Part shown: positions 50,677 through 59,156 of the stretch, in pieces
Numbering within the stretch: the first letter of the stretch is position 1
Layout of the letters: every line of letters starts with the position of its first letter
Assembly: GCA_963666835.2 (NCBI GenBank)
Contig: CAXXGO010000006.1
Location: forward strand, 128,001-192,000
Direction of reading: 5' to 3'
Length of the DNA stretch: 64,000 nt
Origin: Phycisphaerae bacterium
Lineage (GTDB): Bacteria; Planctomycetota; Phycisphaerae; UBA1845
Program-made: the position numbers and the translations under genes
The notes under the pieces: generated by a model
Told to the model about the DNA's origin: nothing
The model's input: only the letters and a program-made list of their open reading frames with translations
The model's database searches: none

Positions 50677-51144
50677 ATGATCGAGACGACGACCGAGCCG
50701 TTGTATGCGTGTTCCCGGGTACAACTGGCTGCAATGCTGGGCGTAACCGAGCGGACGGTGGGCCGTTGGCTAAGCGACGGGGCGCCCAAGAAGGCCAAGC
50801 GGGGCTACAACCTTCGGGAGTGGTTCGCGTGGTGGGCTGCAAACACCGGGCAGACTCCGGACGCTGACGGCGGGACCAGTGCCCGCGAAGCTGACCGGCG
50901 GTGGAAGAACGCCCGGGCGAGCCGAGAGGAACGCAAGAACCAACTCGAAGCCGGGGAGGTCATCACGATGGACGAACACAAGAAGAGCCGCATGGCAGTC
51001 GTTGACTGCTTCGTCGGCATGTGCGACTCGGCGGGTGCGGAGTTGTCGACGATGTTGATTGGTAAGGGTCCTCAAGAGGTGCGGCGGATCGTGGATCGGT
51101 ATTGGAAAGATCGGCGGCGGGAGCTGATCGAGGCGCAACCGTAG
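50677..51144 (+). CDS. Terminase small subunit-like protein (lambda Nu1-type winged HTH)
   Basis: SRVQLAAMLGVTERTVGRWLSDGAP...YNLREWFAW then coiled coil ARASREERKNQLEAGEVI; alternative start 50650. Confidence 0.7.
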   Translation: MIETTTEPLYACSRVQLAAMLGVTERTVGRWLSDGAPKKAKRGYNLREWFAWWAANTGQTPDADGGTSAREADRRWKNARASREERKNQLEAGEVITMDEHKKSRMAVVDCFVGMCDSAGAELSTMLIGKGPQEVRRIVDRYWKDRRRELIEAQP

Positions 51145-51484
51145 CAGCTTGGCGCAAGGCCGCTTCGGGGGTCCGCACGTCGACCGCCGGGACACCCGAT
51201 CGGCACAAAATCGCGCAAGTAGACGGGCTCGAACGCCTTCCGAAGTGCTTTCTCGTATCCACCGGTCACACCCGAACATTTCCCGAACCCCTTGCAGGAT
51301 AACGACTTACGAGTTTGTGCCGCGTGGCTGTCGTTGGGGGGTGCTTGCGTTAGGCTTGCAGGCCGGTATCGTGGCTGGCATAGGTAGGCGGCTCATGACC
51401 GCCGATTGCTGACCGGTCGGACGTGCTTTCGTACAGTCCGGCGCGCCGACCGGTTGGCAGCCTCCCTCTGAAAGGACTGTACAG

Positions 51485-52909
51485 ATGCCCCAAGAAGCAG
51501 ACTGCCTCGTCGAGACTCCAGACGCCAAGAGGACGCCCACGCCGGCAACGAATCGCAAGGTAAGGATAGGCCGCAGAGACCTGGCGGAAGTGGAACGGCA
51601 TGGCGGATATTGGCACCTAGAGCAGAACGCCACAGAGCGCGCACCGTTCTTCCTGCAAGTGATTGACGTCAGACAGGTCTGTTCTGCATGCAAATTGACC
51701 GATGTGGCGGACGAAAAGGTGATTCTTTGGCTACACAAACTGGACAGAGTCTTCCGCGCTGAACAAGACGAATGGGCCCGTCCTGACGACCTTGTACTAG
51801 ACTTCGAACATCCGGATGGAGCACCACAGCGGAGATTCACTAAACGCGTTCTAGCGTTGTCGGCGAGCAAGCGAAGATCCTGCGTAACCGAACATACATG
51901 GAAGCCACGCTACACTGGTGATGTAGACCATTCCGGGGAGAGCTTCGCGGTGCAAGCGGGCTTCGCCGAACGAGGCACGGCCCAAACGTACTGTACGGAC
52001 TCCTGGAAGTGCTTGAGGGGTTTAAGCTGCATTCAACGCCTGGAGTTGGCTGTCCGCAATTATTCCTGGAGGTTCTCCGATTGCAGTCTTCCACAGGCTG
52101 AAGTTGTGGACGGAGTGGCCAGACGTGAATCACGATGGATGGGCGGGGCTCCTGAGCCAGACGAAGCGGGGCTGTTCATACCATGCTGGCGTTTTCTATC
52201 CACAAAACGGGCTGGCCGAAACGCTCTAGGATGCGATGTGTTTCGCCCGTGGTTACCCATGTTGTTCATCTGCAAAGATCAGAGTCTGCTGAAGCGAGCG
52301 TTGCAGGAATGGCATAACTCGATCTGCTGGCGCATCGCTAGGGATGTCTACAAGCACGTTCAACCTTTGCTTGCTGAACAACGGCGGCGAAGCTACCCGA
52401 ACGCACCCGGAGTGGACCCGGTCACTGAATGGATGTTGAGACCAAACAAGGATACGCATTACGAGGCAAAGTTGTTTCTAGAGCCTATCATGGAAAGGGA
52501 GGCACACCGCGGATTCATGGCACAAAACGGCGAGAGCTCTGCGGACGCGCAGCCGCCTGTTGGGGGTTCAAAGGCTGTGGGTGAGGACGTGGCCGCGGAA
52601 TCTACCTGCCCTAACGCGCCCCCCGAAGCGGATGTTCCGCACGATCAGCCTAAGAAACTGAAGCCGTCGTGGAAGAAGGCGAAATGCCTGTTCGAATGGG
52701 CGCTAGAGCACGTCGAGGGTGCCGACTCGATGACGTACAAAGAGATATTCGACTCGCTCCAGCACGATCCCCGTTGCGCCGGTGAAGGGCTGCCCGACAA
52801 ATGGGAGACGTTCGCCCACTATTGCCGTGAAGCTGGCGTCCGTCGCAATACTCCGCTTCGGGCGAGAAACCCGACGGGGAGTATACGGCGAGCATCCCAA
52901 CTACCGTAG
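51485..52909 (+). CDS. Hypothetical protein, 474 aa, compositionally atypical; possible regulator or defence cargo
   Basis: RBS AAGGA; visibly lower GC than flanks; no recognised family. Confidence 0.7.
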   Translation: MPQEADCLVETPDAKRTPTPATNRKVRIGRRDLAEVERHGGYWHLEQNATERAPFFLQVIDVRQVCSACKLTDVADEKVILWLHKLDRVFRAEQDEWARPDDLVLDFEHPDGAPQRRFTKRVLALSASKRRSCVTEHTWKPRYTGDVDHSGESFAVQAGFAERGTAQTYCTDSWKCLRGLSCIQRLELAVRNYSWRFSDCSLPQAEVVDGVARRESRWMGGAPEPDEAGLFIPCWRFLSTKRAGRNALGCDVFRPWLPMLFICKDQSLLKRALQEWHNSICWRIARDVYKHVQPLLAEQRRRSYPNAPGVDPVTEWMLRPNKDTHYEAKLFLEPIMEREAHRGFMAQNGESSADAQPPVGGSKAVGEDVAAESTCPNAPPEADVPHDQPKKLKPSWKKAKCLFEWALEHVEGADSMTYKEIFDSLQHDPRCAGEGLPDKWETFAHYCREAGVRRNTPLRARNPTGSIRRASQLP

Positions 52910-53134
52910 CTTCAGAGGTCCGACGTACCGAAAACGGACCGAAACGGACCCCCCCCAAAAAAAATCAGCGCCCCCATATCGCGATTAGTAGCTCTCAAAG
53001 GCGGATCTCAGTCTCTCCCGGCGGACGGTCCGGTCCGGTCCGATGGTCCGCTCTCCCCCTTTTTAAAGGCGAGCGTGGTTGATCGGTGGCAAACAGTCGC
53101 TGACACGGTCGCGACATGAAATGGGAGATTGGAC

Positions 53135-53392
53135 ATGAATTGTACTCAGAAGGCGAACGTGGGCGGACGAAGTGGCGAGGCCGATCGGGTACCGGTTGAG
53201 CTTGTCGACGTCGAAACGGTGGCTCGGGTGTTGGGGTGCTCCACCCGGACCGTCTACCGGCTGGCGGATTCCGGGAAGATGCCGAGGCCGGTCAAGCTGG
53301 GGCAGTTGGTTCGCTGGCCGCGGACCGAGTTGGAGCGGTGGATTGCCGACGGCTGTCCGGCCGTTCGCTCTTGTCGGAGGGCGAGCCGATGA
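53135..53392 (+). CDS. AlpA/excisionase family HTH protein
   Basis: LVDVETVARVLGCSTRTVYRL...MPRPVKLGQLVRWPRTELERWI; RBS GGGAGA. Confidence 0.88.
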   Translation: MNCTQKANVGGRSGEADRVPVELVDVETVARVLGCSTRTVYRLADSGKMPRPVKLGQLVRWPRTELERWIADGCPAVRSCRRASR

Positions 53393-53883
53393 GGGGGGCG
53401 GATAGCGGAATCACCGAAGGTGAACGGCGAAAGGCCGAAGCGCTCGCCCTGCTCGAATCGCGGCGGGAGCTGTACGTGCTCCGTGGGCGGCGGGCGTTGT
53501 TGCTCGCACTTCTGGCGACCGGGGAGGCTACGGCCGACGCGGTCCGGAACGTGGTCAAGCTTCCGCCGGGAATAGACCCGAAGCTATTCGGGAGCGTCCC
53601 GGGGGCACTCGCCCGCGGCGGGATCATCCGGAAGGCGGGGTTCACGGAATCGGATCGGCCGCAGGCCCATCGACGGCCGATTCTGGTGTGGCAACTGGCG
53701 GATCCGGCGGCGGCGCGGCGCTGGCTGGCGACTCACCCGGACCGCCAGGACCCGCAAGACGAGATCGGCGGCGCGCCGACTCTTCCGATTGAAAGCAGAC
53801 CCTCACCCCGTGACAGCACACCGGGCGAGGGATCAACAAGAAAGGAATATTCATGTACGGTTATAACAAACCGACACGATTAA
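53389..53883 (+). CDS. Hypothetical protein (possible winged helix)
   Basis: ATGA-coupled to the AlpA gene; GEATADAVR..LFGSVPGALARGGII. Confidence 0.7.
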   Translation: MRGADSGITEGERRKAEALALLESRRELYVLRGRRALLLALLATGEATADAVRNVVKLPPGIDPKLFGSVPGALARGGIIRKAGFTESDRPQAHRRPILVWQLADPAAARRWLATHPDRQDPQDEIGGAPTLPIESRPSPRDSTPGEGSTRKEYSCTVITNRHD

Positions 53884-54407
53884 GCGACATTCTAGCGGGC
53901 GAAACTCAACAGAATCTGGCCAAGCAATGGGAGAGCACCGAAGCGGCGCCGGACTTCGTCCTGTTGCCGTCCGGGACCTACGAAGCACACGTTCAGGCCA
54001 TCGAGCTTTTCAACGCTCGAACGGGGACGCCGGGCGTCAAGGTGACGTTTCGGCTAGCCGAGGGCGAGCACGCCGGGCGGAATCTCTATTCCGATCTGTG
54101 GCTAACACCGGCGGCACTCCCGCAAACGAAGCGCGATCTTGGGAAACTCGGGGTCCAGACGCTGGAACAACTCGAATCGGCGAAGTTGACTCCCGGGCGG
54201 ATTCGCTGCCGGGTGCGGGTTGCACTTCGGAGGGGGGATGACGGCTCCGAGTACAACTCTGTCCGCGGGTTCGATTTCGTCAAAGTGGAAGGACCCGAGG
54301 CGGACCCGTTCGCGCCTCCCGATGAGGCCGCGCCGGTGGCGCCCGAGAGCACTGAACCGGAGAACGGGGCGGACCCCGAGGAAGGGGGCGACGGTGTACC
54401 GTTCTGA
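53853..54407 (+). CDS. DUF669-like phage ssDNA-binding protein
   Basis: DFVLLPSGTYEAHV...GEHAGRNLY; acidic tail ending VPF; RBS AAGGA. Confidence 0.8.
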   Translation: MYGYNKPTRLSDILAGETQQNLAKQWESTEAAPDFVLLPSGTYEAHVQAIELFNARTGTPGVKVTFRLAEGEHAGRNLYSDLWLTPAALPQTKRDLGKLGVQTLEQLESAKLTPGRIRCRVRVALRRGDDGSEYNSVRGFDFVKVEGPEADPFAPPDEAAPVAPESTEPENGADPEEGGDGVPF

Positions 54408-55458
54408 TGATTTCCGCTTCGGGTTTCGGGTCTTGGGGGATTGTCGACAGCCGCGCCGGGTGGTCGACGCCGGCGCGGCGCTTACCGCCTATGCGGCTTG
54501 TCACGCGCGTTGCGAGTTGGACCGAGAATCCTACCTGTCCGCGTTCTGCTTTGACGCCGGGTTCCGCCGTCACCTGGACGGCACCAATTCAACCGCAGGC
54601 TATCACGGGCCGTGCTGGGCTTCCTGGCTTTGGTGGGATGTCGATGCACCGGACGGGGAGCTATCGACCGTCAGAGAGCCTCTGAGGCGGCTTATCGTGG
54701 CCGTGGTGGACGGCTTGCAGACTGACGAAGACGACTTGCTGGTGTTCCTCAGCGGGTCGAAGGGCTTCCATGTCGGCATTCCCACGGCGTTGTGGTCGCC
54801 CGAGCCGGGGCGGGACTTTCACCGAATTGTCCGGCGGTTTGCCGAGACCGTGGCCGAACGTGCCGGGGTCGACATCGACAACGGCGTTTATGACCGGGTC
54901 CGGTGTTGGCGGGCTCCGAACTCTCGGCATCCCAAGACAGGGCTTCACAAACGCAGGCTGACCGTGGACGAAGCTTCGCACCTGTCTACCGAGGCCCTGT
55001 TGACCTTGGCCAAGAAGCCGGAGCCTCTCGAGCTGCCGAAGCCGACCGCCCGAAGCGAACCGGCTTCCCGGTTGTGGGCCGAAGTGGCCGGGCAAGTCCG
55101 CAGTGAAGCCGAAGCCAAGGCCGCGCTCCCGAATGGCGGGACCGGACCGGTGAGGCTGAACCGCGGGACTCTCGAATACATCCGTAACGGGGCCGCGACC
55201 GGTGACCGGCATCGGCTGCTTTATTCCGCGGCGGCGGATCTGGCCGGGGCGGGGGCATCTTTGGGGCTTTGTGACGCGCTTCTGTCTGAGGCGGGGCTTG
55301 ACTGTGGGCTTCCACCGACGGACGTACGCCGAGCGGTAGAGAACGGATGGACAAGCGTTCAACCGCAGGTGCGGGACGCGTGCGAAGCCGTGAACGGGAA
55401 AGTGGTTACCGTACATTCAGGGCCGACCGAGGCCACTACGGAAGGGGGTGCCGCATGA
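54394..55458 (+). CDS. AEP-superfamily primase(-polymerase) with PriCT-like C-terminus
   Basis: WWDVD, SGSKGFH, D..VYD..R.WRAPNSRHPKTG, GDRHRLLY. Confidence 0.8.
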   Translation: MYRSDDFRFGFRVLGDCRQPRRVVDAGAALTAYAACHARCELDRESYLSAFCFDAGFRRHLDGTNSTAGYHGPCWASWLWWDVDAPDGELSTVREPLRRLIVAVVDGLQTDEDDLLVFLSGSKGFHVGIPTALWSPEPGRDFHRIVRRFAETVAERAGVDIDNGVYDRVRCWRAPNSRHPKTGLHKRRLTVDEASHLSTEALLTLAKKPEPLELPKPTARSEPASRLWAEVAGQVRSEAEAKAALPNGGTGPVRLNRGTLEYIRNGAATGDRHRLLYSAAADLAGAGASLGLCDALLSEAGLDCGLPPTDVRRAVENGWTSVQPQVRDACEAVNGKVVTVHSGPTEATTEGGAA

Positions 55459-56546
55459 ACGCGAACTACACTACTGCTGCCGATGTCTTCGTTGACTGGA
55501 GGGACACCCTATTTAACGGTGAGCGTCCGGTTCTGTATCCCGTGGGGTTGGGAGCGTTTGACCGGGTCGAGATCGGGCCGGGGCGCGTGGTGCTCATCGG
55601 CGGCTTACCGGGCGGCGGCAAAACCGCGCTGACTATGCAGTTTGTGGTCGAGGCATTGCGGTTGTCCAAAGACCTTAAGGCGGTGGTTGTCAATGTGGAA
55701 ATGACTCCGGCCGTCTTGCTGGACCGGCAGCTTGCCCGGTTGTCGGGGGTCCCGCTCGATGTTATCGCCAAGCGGAAGCTGGACGAATGCCACGCCGACA
55801 ACATCGATCAGGCGTTGGCTACCCTGGAGAGTATCGCGGACCGGCTGGCGTTCGTGCGACCGCCCTACGATCTGGCCAACACGGCCGAAACCGCGGACGA
55901 TTTCGAGGGGGAGCTGTTGGTCCTCGATTACTTGCAGCGGATCAAGCCGCCCGGGGAACACGCCGATCGGCGCGGCTCGGTTGATTCCGTTATGGGATAC
56001 TTGCGGGGGTTTGTCGATGTCGGTTGCGCGGTGTTGTGCGTCTCCGCAATGGCGCGCACGAAGGACCGGCGGGGGCGTTCGTCCTATGACGGGGACTCGT
56101 TGTCGCTGGCGAGCTTCCGCGAATCGTCGGAACTGGAGTACGGGGCGGATACCGCTTATGCCCTGACACCGAATCCGCGGGATCCGGAGTCAGTGACGTT
56201 GCGTTGTCTGAAACATCGACACGGGGAACCGGTCGATACGGCTTTGTGTTTCGACCGGCGGCTGCAACGCTTCACGCCCGAGGGTCCGGCGCCGACTCGG
56301 ACGAAGGCTGAACCGGGCAAGATGGCGGCCGCGCTTGGCGAGTTGTGGAGACGGACGCCCGCGGCGAATGATGACGACGGGGCGAGTCTTGAACTCGGAT
56401 TCGCCCATCATTCCACCCGGGCAGACCCTTCCGGCGATGGACTCGCCCGAACCTTCAACCGGCCGAACCAAGCGGGCGGGTGGCAACACCCGTCCGCGGC
56501 CGGGGAGGTCGACCGGGCGCTGGCAGACCCTGAACTACTTCTGTGA
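55455..56546 (+). CDS. DnaB-like (SF4) helicase/ATPase
   Basis: Walker A GLPGGGKT, NVEM, Walker B VLDYLQ, RESSELEYGAD, LKHRHG; ATGA coupling to the primase gene. Confidence 0.85.
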   Translation: MNANYTTAADVFVDWRDTLFNGERPVLYPVGLGAFDRVEIGPGRVVLIGGLPGGGKTALTMQFVVEALRLSKDLKAVVVNVEMTPAVLLDRQLARLSGVPLDVIAKRKLDECHADNIDQALATLESIADRLAFVRPPYDLANTAETADDFEGELLVLDYLQRIKPPGEHADRRGSVDSVMGYLRGFVDVGCAVLCVSAMARTKDRRGRSSYDGDSLSLASFRESSELEYGADTAYALTPNPRDPESVTLRCLKHRHGEPVDTALCFDRRLQRFTPEGPAPTRTKAEPGKMAAALGELWRRTPAANDDDGASLELGFAHHSTRADPSGDGLARTFNRPNQAGGWQHPSAAGEVDRALADPELLL

Positions 56547-56799
56547 CGTGACGATGCGGACGCTTTCCCCGTTGGCCGCGGCTCTGTGGTTTCAACTGTT
56601 CCGAAACACGAAGCCGGACGGGGTGGCGCAAGTGTCGCAAGTCGAGTTAGCGCGGCGAATCGGTAGGTCGGTGCGGGCGCTTCGGGCGGCACTCCGGCAA
56701 CTGCAATCGGCGGGGCTGGTGACGGTAATTCACCGCGGCTCGATGAACGCCGGATCAAGCATCTATCGGGTGCGAGCAAGGCGAAAGGATGACCGTTGA
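56368..56799 (+). CDS. HTH domain protein, putative replication initiator
   Basis: VSQVELARRIGRSVRALRAALRQLQSAGLV winged HTH; directly followed by iteron-like repeats; start uncertain. Confidence 0.7.
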   Translation: MMTTGRVLNSDSPIIPPGQTLPAMDSPEPSTGRTKRAGGNTRPRPGRSTGRWQTLNYFCDVTMRTLSPLAAALWFQLFRNTKPDGVAQVSQVELARRIGRSVRALRAALRQLQSAGLVTVIHRGSMNAGSSIYRVRARRKDDR

Positions 56800-56800
56800 C

Positions 56801-56911
56801 ACCGGAAGCATACTGCCGGTTTACGGAGGAAGTATGCTTCCGGTATACGGCGGAAGTGTGCTTCCGGTTACGGCGGCAGAATCGCGCACACACGCAGGAA
56901 GCAGGCTTCCG
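56801..56911. repeat. Iteron-like GGAAG-N4-CTTCC palindromes (putative origin)
   Basis: Copies at 56804, 56828, 56852 (24-bp period) and 56897. Confidence 0.7.
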
Positions 56912-57029
56912 CCTGTCCAGAATGGACCAGAACACGGGTGTGCACTGACGTGCACGGACCCGTAGGAAGACAGAAGAAGCGCGGCTGTGGGGCTTGACTC
57001 CGGCCGAACATAGGATGACGCTGGACATC

Positions 57030-57248
57030 ATGAAGAAGCAAACCACCGAATCACGAACGCTGACCGAGGTACTCCGCGAAGCTCTGAACAACGCCGAATC
57101 GGTGCGGGCGGTTGCCCGGGCGACCGGGCTTGAACAGGCTTCGCTTGTGCGGTTCCGGACCGGGCAACGAACGCTCCGACTCGACAAGGCCGACATCCTG
57201 GCCGCTTACTTCGGAATCGAATACCGCCAGACCAAACGGAAGGGGTAA
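57030..57248 (+). CDS. Small XRE/Cro-type HTH regulator
   Basis: SVRAVARATGLEQASLVRFRTGQRTLRLDKADILAAYFG. Confidence 0.8.
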   Translation: MKKQTTESRTLTEVLREALNNAESVRAVARATGLEQASLVRFRTGQRTLRLDKADILAAYFGIEYRQTKRKG

Positions 57249-57253
57249 CCGCG

Positions 57254-59131
57254 ATGGGACATGTTTACCGCCAAGAGTACACGAAGCCGCTACCCGACGG
57301 GGCCGAAGTATCCGTCCGCAAGGGGGAACGGGTCGCCCGGTGGGTCGATGGGCGCGGCCGGAAGCGGACCGCGAAGGTAACCACGGGGCGGGACGGAACG
57401 GACCGTATTCTCGTTCAGAGCGGCATCTACACCGCGAAGTACCGCAACGGGGCCGGGCACGTCGTGACGGTCGCGACCGGGTGCCGATCGAAGGATGCGG
57501 CATTGTCCATGCTGACCGAGCTTCAAGGCCGGGCCGACAAGGTGCGGTCCGGCGGATGGACCGCGGCCGAAGATGCGGTCCTGGACCACAAGAGCACGCC
57601 GATTGCCGAGCACGTTGCCGCTTACCTGGCCTACCTGCGGACGAAGCGGGGCAAGGGGGCTCGGGCGAGGGTATCACCGCACCACGTGGAGAACGTGCGG
57701 CATTGTCTCCGGATCGTCCCCCAATGCGGTTTCGAGCGACTCCGCGACTTGAACCGCGAAGCTGCGGAAAAGTGGGCGGACCGGGCCGAGGCCGACGGCA
57801 TGGGGGCTCGGACGATCAACGATTGTCTTTCGGCGTTGACCGCGTTCGGGAACTGGTGTGTCGAGACGAAGCGGATTATTGCGAACCCGTTTACCCGGTT
57901 ACCGATGCGAGACCAGAAGGCCGACCGGCGGAGAACTCGCCGAGCGCTCACGGGCGATGAACTCCGGCGATTGCTCAAGGTGGCGCGGCTCCGTCCGGTA
58001 GCCGAGTACGGGCGTAAGACCGTTCGCACCGCGGAAGGCGACTCCCCGACCGACAAGCGAAGCCGACGGACCTGGAAGAAAGAGCCGCTGACCTATGACG
58101 ACATCGAGGCCGCTACCGAACGGGGCCGCGACGCTCTGGCCAAGCGGCCGGACTATCTGGCCAAGCTGGAAGAACGGGGGCGAGGTCGGGCCCTGGTCTA
58201 CAAGGCGTTGGTCCTAACGGGGTTGCGGAAGGGGGAGCTTACCGCGGTGACGGTCCGGCACCTGGAGCTATCGGGACCGCAACCGTTCATCGTGCTCGAT
58301 GCGGCAGATGAGAAGGCCGGACGGGGAGCCGAGATACCACTTCGGGGCGACTTGGCAGAAGACGTGCGGGAGTGGCTGGCGGACCGGCTGGAGAAACTCC
58401 GAGCCGAAGCACGTGCCGAGGGCAGACCCGTTCCCGCCATGCTCCCGGCCGATCTTCCGGTATTCGACGTTCCGGCCGCGCTGGTGCGGATCATGGACCG
58501 GGACTTGGTGGCGTGTGGGATAGCCAAGCTGGTCACCGATGAGCGGGGCCGGGTGCGGGTCGACAAGAGCGACGATCGGGGCCGGACCGTGGACGTTCAC
58601 GCGCTACGGCACACGTTCGGAACCCACCTGAGCAAGGGCGGGGTTGCCCCACGGACCGCACAGGCCGCGATGCGACACAGCAATATCGACCTGACGATGA
58701 ACACCTACACCGATCCGCGGCTTCTGGACGTGGCCGGGGCACTGGACGTGCTCCCGTCCCTCCCGCTGGCCGGGGGGGGACCCGAAGCCGAGCAGCAAAG
58801 GGTGACCGGGACCACGGACCGGACGGTACCCGCGGGGCGTGTTCGGGGTCTCGACGGGACCGCCGACGGAAACCGGGCGGAGCCTCAGCGGACCGCGACC
58901 GGCCGGGCCGAACCCACCGAAAACAGGTCGAGTTTGCTTACACCAATGCTTACACCAAATTCCGGCAAACGGTGCATATTCGGGGCATCTGGTGACAAAG
59001 GCGCGACATCGAGCCCGGAAGGGCGGGGCGTCGTAAGTGACGTGGCTGACAAGAGTTACGAACGACAGGCAAGCCCTGTCAAACAGCGGGTGATGGGACT
59101 TGAACCCACGACATTCACGTTGGCAACGTGA
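57254..59131 (+). CDS. int: Tyrosine recombinase/integrase
   Basis: TGLRKGEL, HALRHT, MRHS, NTYT catalytic residues; stop codon lies within the antisense of tRNA-Gly. Confidence 0.93.
   Translation: MGHVYRQEYTKPLPDGAEVSVRKGERVARWVDGRGRKRTAKVTTGRDGTDRILVQSGIYTAKYRNGAGHVVTVATGCRSKDAALSMLTELQGRADKVRSGGWTAAEDAVLDHKSTPIAEHVAAYLAYLRTKRGKGARARVSPHHVENVRHCLRIVPQCGFERLRDLNREAAEKWADRAEADGMGARTINDCLSALTAFGNWCVETKRIIANPFTRLPMRDQKADRRRTRRALTGDELRRLLKVARLRPVAEYGRKTVRTAEGDSPTDKRSRRTWKKEPLTYDDIEAATERGRDALAKRPDYLAKLEERGRGRALVYKALVLTGLRKGELTAVTVRHLELSGPQPFIVLDAADEKAGRGAEIPLRGDLAEDVREWLADRLEKLRAEARAEGRPVPAMLPADLPVFDVPAALVRIMDRDLVACGIAKLVTDERGRVRVDKSDDRGRTVDVHALRHTFGTHLSKGGVAPRTAQAAMRHSNIDLTMNTYTDPRLLDVAGALDVLPSLPLAGGGPEAEQQRVTGTTDRTVPAGRVRGLDGTADGNRAEPQRTATGRAEPTENRSSLLTPMLTPNSGKRCIFGASGDKGATSSPEGRGVVSDVADKSYERQASPVKQRVMGLEPTTFTLAT
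59018..59130. repeat. Right att direct repeat
   Basis: Matches 47325-47437 at offset 11,693. Confidence 0.95.
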
Positions 59132-59156
59132 TGCTCTACCACTGAGCTACACCCGC
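59085..59156 (-). tRNA. tRNA-Gly(GCC), CCA not encoded
   Basis: gcgggtgtagctcagtggtagagcatcacgttGCCaacgtgaatgtcgtgggttcaagtcccatcacccgct folds as a canonical cloverleaf. Confidence 0.96.

Larger units (their letters stand above)
47325..59130 (+). mobile_element. Integrated phage-satellite-like (PICI-like) element at tRNA-Gly(GCC); 11,693-bp unit
   Basis: 113-bp terminal direct repeats; integrase, AlpA, primase, helicase and TerS-like genes; no capsid, tail, TerL or conjugation genes. Confidence 0.88.

Noticed and set aside
56801..56911. Short regularly spaced palindromic repeats as a CRISPR array
   Set aside because: The 24-bp period leaves only about 10-nt spacers that resemble each other; no cas genes in the window
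47325..59130. Complete prophage or ICE
   Set aside because: No structural, lysis, TerL, relaxase or T4SS genes between the att repeats
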